From the NCBI GenBank assembly GCA_051294375.1, contig CM119270.1:4906152-4970151 (forward strand): 64,000 nucleotides of DNA. Direction: 5' to 3'. Position numbers and translations under genes: made by a program. Below are positions 42,911 through 55,701 of the stretch, one piece after another. Each line of letters begins with the position of its first letter. Position 1 is the first letter of the stretch. The notes beneath the pieces were generated by a model, which saw only the letters and a program-made list of their open reading frames with translations, was not told where the DNA came from and searched no databases. Source of the DNA: Paraspadella gotoi (taxonomy: Eukaryota; Animalia; Chaetognatha).

Positions 42911-43427
42911 GAGTTTTTTTTTCTTCTATCAACTCGATTGGATTTAATTAGGAAGTTTACGTAAGGCGCACGACTTTGCGCCAATTTAGGTGAATCGTCG
43001 TCGTCGTCGTCGTCGTCGTGCGTCATAACAGACCGTATCAAATGTTTTTGTCATTGTTTTTATCATTATCTTTTGTGTGAGTTGTTTTCTATGTCGTTAT
43101 CTATGTCCGTTTTCTATGTCGTTATCCATGTCGTATGTCATCTGTCGTTCGTATCATTTATCATAATCCAATCATCATCATGAATCGGCATTAGCTTTAG
43201 CAGTTTATACTTTTGAAGTAATCGTTTTTTTTCTTTATGTTATTTTCGAGTGAAACCGTATATATATTATATATCTTCGTTAGCATTGTCGTCGTCGTCG
43301 TTTGTCTTCCGAGAGAATTAAAAGGAACCAAAAAAATTGCACGGAAGAATTTCGGCGTCTCTCCGCGTGACGTCTTCAGTAAACATCGAAGCTGACATGG
43401 CCGTCTCTCTCTCTCTCTCTCTCTCTC

Positions 43428-43467
<40 letters not shown>

Positions 43468-43509
43468 CCTTTTATTTCCCCTTTTAGCTATTCCAACCAT
43501 TCTCCAATC

Positions 43510-43760
43510 GCTCGCTCCCCTCTCGCTCCCTCTCGCCCCCTCTCGCTCCCTCTTCGCTCCCTCTCGCCTCCCTCTCGCTCCTTCTCTCGCTCCCTCTCGC
43601 TCCCTCTCGCCCTTCGCTCCCTCTCGCTCCCTCTCGCTCCTCTCGCTCTCTCCGCTCTCTGGCTTCCTCGACTCATTGCTCCCTCTCCGCTCCTTCATCG
43701 CTTCCCTTCTCGCTCCTCTCGCTCCCTCCTCGCTCCTCTCGCTCCCTCTCGCTCTCTCGC
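43510..43760. repeat. 10-bp tandem repeat (ctcgctccct)
   Basis: Visible periodic array following a (CT)n tract. Confidence 0.85.
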
Positions 43761-45426
43761 TCGTCGCCCATTTTTCCCATCAATATTCGATAACTTTAGC
43801 TTCAACCCAGTTATGATTATTGAAGAAATAAGTTTGCGAGACAAGCAGAATATATATTGCCCGAATACTTAAGTGGAACTTGTCACGCTCTGTTCGGCTC
43901 TTTTTAATATTAAATTTATCATCATCATCATATTCATTATCATTATAATATTATTATTCTTATTATTATTCTTATTATTATTCTTATTATTATTCTTATT
44001 ATTATTCTTATTATTATTATTATTATTGTCGTTATTATAAATAATAATTATTATTATCATTATTCTTATTATGTTATAATTATTACTGCGTTGTTATAAT
44101 TTGTAATTATTATCTTGCTGCAACCACTTTTCTCTACAGTATTCTGACGTTGCCTATTCAAGACACAAAATCGATATTGCATTGTGAAAAAGGTTGGAAC
44201 AAAGCTACGGGAAGACAAAAGGCACTACGAAAATAAAAAAGTTTTACAAGCTATACGTTAGGATTCTTTGTGGCTAGGACACGGAATCTCTCAAAACAAA
44301 AGGACAGTCCGTTTTTAACAACCCTTATCAATTATATTTAGATTTAAATCTTTCCCCAGTTAGTATAGTAACGTATCAATCTTCAGCGCTCGTGATATGA
44401 ACTAACATTGAGCTTGATAAAACTACCGTCGTCAACCTTATTACTACATATTGGCTCCGTCTCTTACTAAGTATTTGCTAAACTCTGCTCACTTAGATTA
44501 TCCAAAAAAATTATTTTACAAGACGATTTTTGAATTGTTTTTAATTCATAGCTTTCGTTATTTCTTGAATTCGGTCATACTCAGATAGAATTGGATTTTT
44601 CATTAATGTTGTTACCACCAGTTTTCTACGCGATCCCGACGGAATAACCGTGTTCGAGTGTAATTTCTGAAATTGAAATCAAAGAATCATCTTAGCGCTG
44701 GAAAAAAGGATCGTCCTGTATATTTGTGTCAGTTCATCCGTCGCGTTTGGTATATCGTTCGCGCTAATTTATGATCACTTCGTATTCAAAACGTGTGTTT
44801 CGTATATTTAACAAAGGAAGCATGATTGTCATATGGAAACGTTGCTCTTTTGGTTGTTAGTTTCAGCCTGCTCGGGATTTCCGTTGGTCACAACGGGGCC
44901 GACGGGCGGAGGTGTCGGCGGAGGAACGGCAGACGGCGCGCAGATCGAGCAACTGATAGTATGAAGAAAACAAAAGTTAATGAAATTGGTACAACCAATA
45001 TAAAAATTATATACTTTGGCCTCCATCACTCTTACAAGATAACGAACTTTGCAGGTCCTGCAACGCTCTCACAGTCTCACTCCCAAAGTACCGTGGCCTT
45101 CCCTATTCAATGAAGTGGCATATTATTTCAAGATTTTTTTTCATTATATAAAAAAGTATTAGATCAGGGAATTCTATATTGTACTCCGCACTTGCATGAA
45201 AATAGAAGGAGCTGAATTTTTAAAATAGGTACAACTAATATATGTGTGAAATGTGTTTCTTTTTTAGCGCTAACTTTTTCAAAAAATTGTTTTCATAGTT
45301 GAACCTTTCGGATGTCTATGGTCATAATCTAACGTCTTTCCCTTCTCTTTTTTTAATAAAATCATTCATGGGATCACCTTGATTACATATTACCGATTCA
45401 AAACCTTCGCATACGGTTCAGACCCT

Positions 45427-45510
45427 CTATGCGGGCGTTGCACAGAAATCGGGAGTGCTGTCTCCGGCTCGTGCGTTGCGGTTGGAAGCGCGCTCGTACC
45501 ATTGCCGACC
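45427..45510 (-). CDS. Tdc: Probable terminal Tdc exon
   Basis: tttccaaag|GRQWYERASNRNARAGDSTPDFCATPA*, phase 0, ending in TAG. Mirrored near 63360-63448 (+) with indels, so the exact frame is uncertain. Confidence 0.5.
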   Translation of the reverse strand, partial: GRQWYERASNRNARAGDSTPDFCATPA

Positions 45511-48500
45511 CTTTGGAAAGTATTTTAATTTTTGAATTTAATAAGATCAAACAATCGATTGTCTCCCCACCTGCGGCGAAAAGTGAATCTAACGGGTCAC
45601 TGGTCAACACTGAAACTGCTTCCGCTTTGGATCGATCTTTGGCAACAATATCTCTCTCTCTCTTCTCTCCCTCTTCTCTCTCTCTTTTTCTGTTCTTTCC
45701 CACCTGCGGCGCAAAAGTGAATCTTAGGGTCAGAGTCATCCTCAAACAAACTGCCCTCCGCTTTGGATCGCGATTCTTGGGAGACATGATCTCTCTCTCT
45801 CTCTTTCTCTCTCTTTCCTCTGCGCCCTTCCCCACCTGAGGCGCAAAGTGATCTTAGGGTCAGAGGTCATCTCCACGAAACTGCCTCCGCTTTGGATTTC
45901 GATCTTTGGCCGACATGATCTTCTCTCTCTCTCTTCTCTCCCTCCCCACCTTGAGGGCGCAAAGTGAATCTTAGGGTCAGAGGTCATCCTCAACGAACTG
46001 CCTCCGCTTTGGATTCGATCTTTTGGCGACATGGATCTCTCTCTCTCTCTCTCCTCCCCACCAGAGAGCGCAAAAGTGAATCTTAGCGGTCAGAGGTCGA
46101 TTCCTCCAACGGACCACTGCCTTTCCGCTTTGGATCGATCTTTGTGGGACAATCGATTTCTCTTCTCTCTCTCTCCTCTCTCTCTCTCTTTCTCTCTCCC
46201 CCCCACCTGAGGCGCCCAAATGTGAATCCTTGCTCACGGGTCAGAGGTCATCCTCTAGCGAAACTGCCTCCCCTTTGGATCGCATATCTTTGGGCGACAT
46301 GCATCTCTGATGTCTGAAAGGAAGACTGTCCGTGTCGGACTTCGTCCATGCGCGTAATCGTCATCGAATTGTGGATGGATTTTTTTCCTCCCGGTTCGCA
46401 TGTGTTTCTTTGTTCTCTGTTGCTATTCACGGAGGACCTTAAGAAATGAGAAGGAGAGGGGCTATAAAGAGGGAAAGGAAAAAGTGTAAATTAACAAAGG
46501 ATGAAGAGACATATTAATGTATTGTTATGTTCGTAGTGATCGAACCGTTCAATATAAGCAGTCCCTAAGCTTCGGAATCAGGCGATGTAACACGTGTTAC
46601 AGGCGGGTTTAAGCGACCCCGTCCCTCCTAACCTGCCAGTGCGAACCACCGGGGCCTAGAAACCCGGACTTTTGGTATTGGGAGCGAATGACTTGCCTCC
46701 GGCACAGAATGGCCGCTGATGAACGGATTGGTGATTTTAGGTCCACCATCCATCCCCCCCTCCCATTATGGAGAAGTCTTGCATCTATCTTTTCATGTGA
46801 ATTGTTGTTGTTGTGGGAAGTTCGTCACCAAGGTTGAGGCATAGTCTCGCCTGATGTGTGTTGTGGGCGAAAAGTGCATCGCCAGGCTTGAGGCATGTCG
46901 CCTGAAAGGTGTTTTGTTGTTGCTGTTTTGTGTTCAGAAGAATCGCGGCTCACCAATGAAGAGAACATTAATATTGTTATGTTGTTAGTAACAGGAAACC
47001 GTTCCAATATTAGCAGCCCGAGAGCTTCGGATCAGTCTGTAACACCCGTGATTACAGGCGGTGTTAAGTGCCCCGTCTCTTTAATGCCGGCGACCACCGG
47101 GCTAGAACCCTGGAACTTGTGGTTGGGAGGCGAATGGACTTGACCTCGCGGCACCAATGGCCGTGATGAATGGTTTGGTGGATTTTAGTCCACATAATTA
47201 AGCTTATTAACATCGAAGATATCACTTTAAAATGGGCACATTTTTTTTTAAAAAGCGGCTCCCCCATTCAAGTTTAAAATTAAATTTTTTTAAAGTACAT
47301 TTTAAAGTTACATATAGGGTGTAGGGTTAGGGATTAAGGGTAGGCTAGGTAGATCAGATCGAGGATTAGGTTAGATTTGGGTTTGAGATTTGGTTAGATT
47401 TAAGTTTTGGGTTACGGCGACAAAGTTAACGGATTGCAAGAATAGGCGTTATGCATTAAGGATATGGTATTACGGTTTGAGAGATTAGAGTATCTGATAA
47501 TATTTAAAAAGTTAATATTGCAGGGTTAAAATAAGTTTTAAGGGTAATAGAACGGAAATGGGCACTTTCGGAAAATAGTAATTTTTTTTATTCTGCACGT
47601 GGACCCACATCCTTGGCAACCATAAAAACAAACCGTACATTTCTACCGTGTTTAAGACTTTTTATAAATATAGTTTTAATGCAAAAAATTGTTTTGTCTT
47701 TTACCTTCTGAGCGTATTTTAGTGACGGATGTTACCACGCGTAAGTCGACGTCTGGCCGTTTGACTCGAACCGCATTTTTGAATTGCATGATGCAGAACC
47801 TGATTTAACAAATGCAAGAACAGCCTCTGAATTTGGACAACTAAAATTCCTCTTTCATGATAACGTTATTATTGTGTGATGCACTGGCGAGTATAACATT
47901 GGCCTCGATCGAATTAGGAGTTTCGAACAATGTTCTTCTAATTTAACGGGATAGTTCACAACAAGTCACCCTTGAATGATATACGTCCCGTGAGTGAAGC
48001 CGGATCAAATGTGAATCGTTCACCAGAATCGTCTGCTTGACTCGTCCACAGGAGGTTTCTCGCTCAGAATAATTGGTCGCCCTTGTGGTATGGCGAAGAA
48101 AATGAATATAGAACCGAAGAACAACGAGAAGAGAAGACGAGAGAAGAGAGGACAGACGAGGACGAGAGACGAGCGAGAGAGAGAGATGAGGAGAGAGAGA
48201 GAGAGGAGAGAGTAGTGTATGCCACTGTAAATCCTGAAGGCAGACGAGTCCCATTTGTAACTTTTCCCTTAAAACTTGAAATACTCGGATCTATTTCGTG
48301 ACGTAGCCCTCGAATCTTTTGCGCCAATCTCACGTCGATTGCTGACAAAAGGATTGAAATATAATACGGTACAATGGTAGAAAAAAAAAATTAGAAACTA
48401 GAAAAATATTGTTATTTAATTTAAGTCACCCGAAGGAAATTATTATAAGGGAAGGAGAAAAGAAGAAAGTCAAACGCATAATCACAAAATTAAGTTGTCC

Positions 48501-50733
48501 TGTCTGACTAAGCAGATTTCTCCCAAATATCATACCTATTTTTACATATATTATTAGCAATAATTATCTAAAACCTTTCCTTCCGAACCTTTACTCTCGG
48601 ATATACTTTTGAATTCCCTCGACGCCAAACGATCGAATGACGAACCAAAGTTAACAGATCGAAATCGTCTCGACCTCAACGCGATGCCCAATTCTGGGGA
48701 ATGATTATATTTCAAAATTTTATATTAATTATAAAATTTAGTTTATATAGTAAAACGAGTCTAAATTAGCATAATTAATTTTAAACGATGACCCCTTGCT
48801 GCATCCTTGAACAACTGCTAATACCAATCAAGTGGCCCTCAACCATGGTGAGGCTCATAGGTCGTCCCAGCGAATGACACGAGAAAAAAAAAAGACGAAT
48901 AACGAAAAAATCCAATTTTATATCACTATCTGTAGTCGATTTGCTTTGTCTTATAGTCCGCAGCAAATAAAGATAAAAGGACATACATAATTGAACAAAA
49001 GACTTCTCGTTTATAATAAAATTTTAAGCGAGAATATGAACTTAAAATTGGACGCTCGATTAAAAAAACAATTTAATTGTTTCGTTTAAGCGTACATTCC
49101 GATAAGTTTAAGAAAAGAGGTTCTACAGTCAATTGCGACACATGATCGCGGGTCCGACACCCTGATTGTAAGAGAGTGGTAATATCAGCTGTTAAATATT
49201 ACAGTGCTTATTTTCTTTTAGCAATATATGACTTTCTACCACATGCAGAGGCATGCATTCGAAAATTGACGAGCAGTCCACTTGTTGGGTGTTAAAGTTT
49301 AAAAGAGTTTGGCGTCTTCCAGACCTGAGAGAGAGCAGAGGAGAGAGTGAGAGAGAGATGAGAGAGGAGAGAGAGAGAGAAGAGAAGAGAGAGAGGACCC
49401 GATTGAATTTCCCCATACAATCTCCAAGAGGCGTACTGTAATTAGGCCCGCACCAAATGTTCAAGAACGTCTGTCCCGAGGCCCCCCCGACGCCCCGTCC
49501 CGTAGTCCCCTGCCCTTCCACCTCGTCCAAAGGATACCGCGGTGGCGAGGTGCTGGAACTCCGGGCAGACGAAAGCGCTGCCCACGCGCCGTCACTGTGC
49601 GGCGTCCACGTGTCAGCCAGACCCCCTTCCTTCTTGCAGACGGGATCCGATTCTTCGGCGAGGGCGGTCGAGAGGAGCCAGAACCCGCCGTGCGTGCTCC
49701 GAGTAGTCGCGCACACCTTGATCGATTGGATTGGATTGATTGATTGAACGATTAAATGATTGATTGGTTTATTTATTTATTGGCACATTTCTCGATCGAA
49801 TAAATATGCGTATTTTTTTATTAATTAGAATTTTTTTTTTAATAACTATCTGTTTTCCTCAGAGATCGACAGATAAATTTCCTATTAGATTGATTGATTG
49901 CGATTGAGATATTTGAATTAATATAGTTTATTATTCACAGTAAATGCTTTGAATAATTGAATTTTATTAATTATATGCGTTTTATTTCGAATTCAACAAG
50001 GTTGTTCAGTACATACGTGAGCACAAAATCAAAAAATCTAAGACAAAAGACAAAACAAAGATTGGAGTAAAAAAAAAATTACCTACCAAAAAACGAGGAA
50101 ATGAAAAGTTTCGCGGATCGATTGGATTTTTTTTTGAAAAAATTGGGTTGTCGACCGATTTTAATAATTGTAATACGTTATTGATAAATGAGGTGTCTTG
50201 CCCTCGGCTTTTTGAACAGACAGATCCTTGAATATTAATTATTTGTAAGGTGGACTAAAAATCCACAACCGTTTCATGCAGCCGCCATTGGTGGCCGGAG
50301 GGCAAGTATGTATGGTGGACTAAAAATCCAACCTACCGTTCAAATCACGGCCGATTGGTGCCGGAGGCAAGTTCTCCGTCCGGGTTTGCGGTGGTCGTTC
50401 TGGGTTAAGAGAACGGGGACCTTACCCGCCCTGTACGCGGTGTTACACGCCTGATCCGAAGCTCAGGGACTGTTATAATTGAACGGTTTCTGTACTAACA
50501 CATAACAAAACCTCACCTATCTCTTCATTTGATATATTTAAAAGATGAGGTAAATGAATTGATTAAAGACTCGCTCGACTCACGAAGAAGGGACCACGCC
50601 AAGTTCGGTCTCCTCGATGGGCGTTCTAGCCAACGTTTTTTCCCCGCAACGAGACGAAAATCATCGTCGGTTTTCCCAGCATCGGAAGTTTCACGCATCG
50701 CCACAATCCCCGCCTTCTCACCAACGAGTGGGA
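45427..50733 (-). CDS. Tdc: Tdc copy 1 (noisy duplicate of the same exon series; different haplotype)
   Basis: The same exons and introns recur at about 50590-50733, 49540-49715, 49240-49325, 48590-48695, 48225-48340, 47970-48080 and 47705-47800, with many indels and three SINE-like units absent from the other copies. Confidence 0.8.
45565..46310 (-). repeat. Tandem array (6 x ~120 bp) of the Tdc exon 3' end, 5' splice site and (GA)n
   Basis: Unit gagatcatgtcgccaaagatcgatccaaagcggaggcagttcgtgaggatgacctctgaccctaagattcactttgcgccgcag|gtggg-(ga)n; donors near 46206, 46061, 45949, 45835, 45703 and 45570. Confidence 0.9.
46207..46437 (-). CDS. Tdc: Tdc C-terminal-extension exon (copy 1; equals 62694-62901 on + in copy 3)
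   Basis: aag|VLREYNKNKEHI...DDYAQDEVDDDVFLSDIEIMSPKIDPKRRQFVRMTSDPKIHFAPQ|gtggg (consensus of two noisy copies). KRRQFVRMTSDPK resembles the TDC tail motif KRSFFVRMVSDPK. Phase 0 follows KYAHE|. Confidence 0.8.
46501..46746 (-). mobile_element. Second (tandem) copy of the SINE-like element
   Basis: Shares atgaagaga..., gcttcggaatcaggc, accaccggggcctagaaaccc and gattttaggtccac with 46956-47193. Confidence 0.6.
46956..47193 (-). mobile_element. tRNA-derived SINE-like element
   Basis: A-box-like TGGTGCCGCGAGGT (47143-47156) and B-box-like GGTTCTAGCCC (47099-47109) at tRNA-like spacing; homologous to 46501-46746 and 50250-50528; absent from Tdc copies 2 and 3. Confidence 0.6.
50250..50528 (+). 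mobile_element. Third copy of the SINE-like element (opposite orientation, duplicated 5' end, internal deletion)
   Basis: gtggactaaaaatcca twice, then ...gtgttacacgcctgatccgaagctc...aacataacaa...tctcttcat; absent from the equivalent intron at about 57250-57290. Confidence 0.6.
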
Positions 50734-53700
50734 CTGGGGCGAACAGAGGGGATACGGATTTGAGAGAGATGTGCGGAGCCATGAGAAACGCAATTAAGAG
50801 ATGTGAGTATAATAAGTAATATTGTGAGATGATATTTGGAGAGCTGTGATATCTTGGGCACGCCGGGTTCCTCTGTTCTCAAGAACGCCGTGCGTGAAAA
50901 GCAAATCCGTGGCCGTTGGGAGAGATTTAGTCATGTACCTGAAATAAGAAGAGCAATTCTTAGTTATGGAAGTTTACACGTAATTGATATGGGACGGGTT
51001 TGGCTGAGCGATGTCGCAGAGACGCGTATTCGGCGGCGCCGAAGAATATGACAGCAGATTTTTGCGAGTACTGATTTCGTAGTCAAAAGAATAGTTCCAA
51101 TGTGCAGAAAAAAGTAGAAATATATAGTGCAGCTCCACTCACCGATATGTAGAGCGGATCACTCGGACTTATATCTCCGATCTGATAGGATGTGGAGATA
51201 CTTCATGAGGATAGTTCAGCGATCTTAGCGGGAGAGACCGGCGCACAGAGAATTTATTTTTTTTATACAATGATACATGTATATAGTTTTATCTTTTTTA
51301 AATGAGAAGAGAGAGAGTCGATAATATTTTTACATTAGCGAGAAATCAATATGTTTTTGCTGTTGCTTTATTACTTACATATTGGTAAAGAACTTCGGAA
51401 TATTTAGTTCTGTGTTAGCTTAGTTTATTGCTCTGACAGATCTTAACCGCCGTATCTCAGTACGGGGCGACATAAAACAAAAGGTAATTATGGACACTTC
51501 TGCTCTATGGATATGGATCTCACAACTTATCAATAGTATAAGCGGAAAATTGATCCACTGTCTTCTCGCGCTGAAAGCGTGTAAAATAAAATATGGATGT
51601 CTAGATTAAATCTGACTACTTGGTGCATATTAATCTGATCTAAATGTTCACATCGTCGAGAGAAAGTTATCGAGCCTGTATTTAAGAGCAGCGCATATAT
51701 AGAGAACGTGGGTACCTTTGATAAATGTTTTCACGGGTTGTGAGTTGTATTGATACCCTCTCTGCGTTGTACACTTTCCTACCACTATCTGACAGAGTGA
51801 GAGAGAGCATGAAGCTCTAACGATCATTATGGTATAGTGGGATCTAGGCACGCATCTGCATATATTGTGACCAGACCGTAATAGGAACTCTTCGTCCACA
51901 AAGAGTGTTTTGATAATGCGAATTTGAATATCTCTCTTCTATGGAGGACAGGGAGGCGCGAGCGAGCGGCACAAGAGATCACGAGAGAATAAGACTGCTA
52001 GATACTATGAATTGTCACCACGAAGCCCTAGAGAACAGACATCGACTACATTAAGAGCTTAAACGAGATAAGCGCGTTATAATATCCGGATACTACTATA
52101 GTATGAAATATATTCTATACATCTTCTTACACAGATTAGCAAATTTCACAAAATTAATTTGTAACATCTGTTTAAGTCAAGAATATTTTTCGTAAGCTAT
52201 TCAGCTTTTTCTCCAGTTTTTTTATATTGTCTCTCAAATTGAGAGGACGAACACTCAACGGAGAAATGACCAATAAAGTGTAGAGATATCTTTGACACAA
52301 GAGAAGATTGTTTTTAACTAATTGATCACGCTTGCTAATATCTCCCGCCCTATTTGTTACGCGTGACACGGCTCCTCTGTTAAAACCGGCGGAATAGGCA
52401 GAGAGAGAGAGAGCTCATGCTCACGGAAGAGTCTTAGTGGCTTGAGTTTACCGCGTGATAAATTTCCCACCCACAAAACATTATTTTCTATATTGGGGGA
52501 ATTTTATAATAGTTATGACATAGCAAGGACGGAGGGGAAGCGATTCAAGGTTCCCCTTTTGTTGCGGCGGAAATGGAGAATTCAACACGCGCAGAGAACT
52601 ACGCGCGTATTCGCGTAGATTCCTCATAGGTTTATACACTTTTCAATAGCTCACAAAGTTGGAGTCAGTTGTTCCAACGATCCAAGTCGCCACTGTTAGA
52701 AGCTGTGAGGACAATATCGCTGTGTCATGGCACAAGAAATTATCGATAAGCATGGGTGTTCTTATTGGGTATATGTGTATCTTTACTAATCTGATGAGGC
52801 AGCAGAAGGAGTAGCTTTGTCTGAAGATTATTATTAGTCTTATAAGATACTATTTTGTTACGCTTTTTAAGAAAATAGATATTTCCAATTTTCGAGAGGT
52901 GTATTCAAGTCTTATTACCAGTGTCCTTTTCGTTAACTTAAGTAAAAATATGAGAATCTTTATTTATCATTTTGCTCTTACTCGGGCGCAGGGGGATCAC
53001 GATTCCGGGTTTCACGGCTATTCTCATAATTAAAACTTACTCATATAATGTGAAGTTTCCACATGCTCGTTAATTCCCCTACGAATAATGATAGACCACT
53101 GTCGCCCTCTGAAATGTACCGATGAGAATATAAATATTGAACTAATATAATGTTAGAATTTCGAAAGCCAGCTGGTGCAAGCTTTGCCTGTTCGTGTAGT
53201 ATAGTCTCCAAGGTGCCGATAGGGACAAGCTAAACCTGTGCTTTAAATGTCAAGTTGATTACTTGGTCATTAACTTAAGATACGCCGTCACGATGGACCC
53301 GTGTCCAACATAAGTAACTTGAGATTGATTATTAAGAGCACTGCGTCTAAGTTCAATAGGCTAGCTGAGAGTAGCGTTGAATGCTACTCTCGATATCCTC
53401 TTTCTAACATATCTTGATGCGAGAGGAGATTGCATGACTGGAATGAGTAATATCTTAGACACTAAATCAGATAGATTCATTTAATTTATTAACTCAAATG
53501 TATGGTAAACATTATCACAAATAATGACTTTACGTGTTATCTAACGTTGATTAGAATAACACGATTTATTACACACAATCTCTTTGCACTTTGTTTTCAA
53601 TTGGTTGTCCAACAATGTTATACTTTTTGAGTCTTTGCCGGGAATGCTTAGTTTTTCTTTGTTACGCGTGCACGGCTCGGGAGCCTCATGTCATGGCTGT

Positions 53701-54560
53701 GGCTCGCGATCTTTTGTTGAGCGAATCGCTTTGGATGATCACTGGCGACAGCGATCGGGTTCAGATCCCTCTGGTTCATAGCAAAGATGGGCGGTTTCCA
53801 CATCGTTAACAGGCTTTTGGCCAAATGAAATATAATTATTTTTATCTTTAGCTAATTAAATACAAAGAGTGGCTTATTTGCTAGATTTGGCACTAGAATA
53901 ATCTTCGAGTTTATCATACATCGACGTCGTTGTGAAGAAATAGATAAAACATTCGTTTTCGGGCGAGGGGGATCAGGATTCCGGGTTTTTGCACGCTTTT
54001 TTTTTGGTCCCTCTTAATTCCCCGCCTGAAGAACCAAATTAAAAATTAATAAACAAATTTCGTTAGATTTTCGAAAGGCGGGGCGTCTTGGAAGCCCGTG
54101 CCGGATGGAAGCACTCCAAAAAATTCGGTCATCTTGATATGGTAACGCTGGACCCCAAAGTGGACTTGGTTTTAACGGCGTTTTCGCTAGTCGTAACTTA
54201 GACTTACTCCGTTCTCTACTAGACTAGACTAAAATACATGGGTTAGTTAACACAATCAGATTAGGATTCTTTACTTGTCTTAAATCAGGTATCTAATTTT
54301 TTTTAAGAAATTAACCAAAAGCTTGCTGTTTAATTTAACAATCCTGTTAACTAANNNNNNNNNNNNNNNNNNNNNNNNNAAGATGTGTTCTTTGTTCTTG
54401 TTGTATTCACGGAGGACCTGAGAAAGATGAGAGGGGATAAAGAGGGGAAAGGAAAAGTGGTAAATTAACAAAGGTTTATTTAACATCAAGATCAACTTTA
54501 AAATGGGCACATTTTTTTAAAAGTTAAAATTTAAAATTAAGTAGATTTTTAAGTTAACAT

Positions 54561-54785
54561 ATAGGGTTTAGGGTTAGGGATGAAGGGTAGGCTAGGGATA
54601 GAGTCGAGGATTAGGTTAAGATTTGGTTTGAGATTTGGATAAGGATTTTAGTTTTGGGTGACGGGATAAAGTTAGGTATTCAGAATAGGGTTATGCATTA
54701 AGATAGGTATTACGGTTTGAGATTAGAGTTATCTGATATTAGATTAAAAGTAAATTGCAGGGTTAAAATAAGTTTAGGGAGTAGG
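54561..54785 (+). repeat. Degenerate (TTAGGG)-like hexamer tract in a Tdc intron
   Basis: tagggtttagggttagggatgaagggtagg...; flanked by direct AAATGGGCAC at 54501-54510 and 54791-54800; also at about 47314-47545 and reversed at about 61330-61552. Confidence 0.65.
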
Positions 54786-54920
54786 AACAGAAATGGGCAC
54801 TTTCGGAAAATAGTAACCGTTTTTATTCTCTTGACGTTGGAACCATAAAACAAACCGTACATTTTACGTTTAAAGATTTTTATAAATATATTTAATGCAA
54901 AAAATTATTTTGTCTTTTAC

Positions 54921-54999
54921 CTCGTGAGCGTATTTAGTGACGATGTTCCACGCGTAGTCAACGTCTGCGTTTGTAGCATTTTGATTGCAGATGCAGAAC
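54921..54999 (-). CDS. Tdc: Tyrosine decarboxylase exon (copy 2), 79 nt
   Basis: atcag|(R)FCICNQNATNADVDYAWNIVTKYAHE|gtaaa. Confidence 0.92.
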
Positions 55000-55148
55000 C
55001 TGATTTGCAAAAGCAAGACGACTCTCTGAATTGGAAACTAAAATTCCCATTACATGATACGTTTAATTTTGTGCACTCGTACAACATTGCCTGATCGAAT
55101 AGAGTTTGAACATTGTTCTCATTTAACGGATAGTTCACAACAAGTCAC

Positions 55149-55246
55149 CTGATGATATACGTCCCGTTGAGTGAAGCCGGGATCATGTGAAGTTCACCAG
55201 AATCGTTGATCGTCCACAGGAGGTTCTCGCTCAGAATATTGGGCCC
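55149..55246 (-). CDS. Tdc: Tyrosine decarboxylase exon (copy 2), 98 nt
   Basis: caaag|GPNILSENLLWTINDSGELHMIPASLNGTYII(R)|gtgac. Confidence 0.92.
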
Positions 55247-55352
55247 CTTTGGGATGGCGAAGAAATTGAATATAGAGACCGAGAGTAAGACATAAATGAG
55301 AGAGAGAGAGAGGGAGAGAGATGGGAGAGACGAGAGAGGGAGAGGGAGCCAC

Positions 55353-55455
55353 CTGTATCTGAAGCAGAGAGTCCATTGTAACTTTTCCTAAAAACTTAAA
55401 TCTCGCGTCTTTCGTGACGTAAGGCTCTTCGAATCTTTTGGCCAATCTCACCGTG
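55353..55455 (-). CDS. Tdc: Tyrosine decarboxylase exon (copy 2; small indel errors)
   Basis: tgtcag|...|gtggc; consensus of the three copies reads about HVRLAKRFEAYVTKDPRFQVLGKVTMGLVCFRLQ. Confidence 0.88.
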
Positions 55456-55701
55456 CTGACAAAAGGATTGAATATAATACGTACAAATGGTAAAAAAAAA
55501 AAAAATTAGAACTAAAAATAACTTGTTATTAATTTAAATCACCGAACGAATTAAAAGGGAAGAAGAAAAGAAGAAGGTCCAACGCATAATCACAAATTAA
55601 TGTTGTCCTTTTGACTAACAGATTTCTCCCAAATATCATACTATTTTTTTTTGCGTATGTTATTAACAATAGTTATCTAAAACCTTCTTTCCGAACCTTA
55701 C

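Noticed and set aside
47085-47162. tRNA gene
   Set aside because: A/B-box remnants only, no convincing cloverleaf, and embedded in a dispersed repeat.
45427-50733. Tdc pseudogenes (frameshifted copies 1 and 3)
   Set aside because: Indels are uniform across exons and introns and differ between copies, consistent with read error rather than decay.
50760-54354. Possible 5' Tdc exons or a novel gene
   Set aside because: Looks like low-quality raw-read sequence (about 52970-53300 noisily repeats about 53950-54150); no motif is recoverable with confidence.
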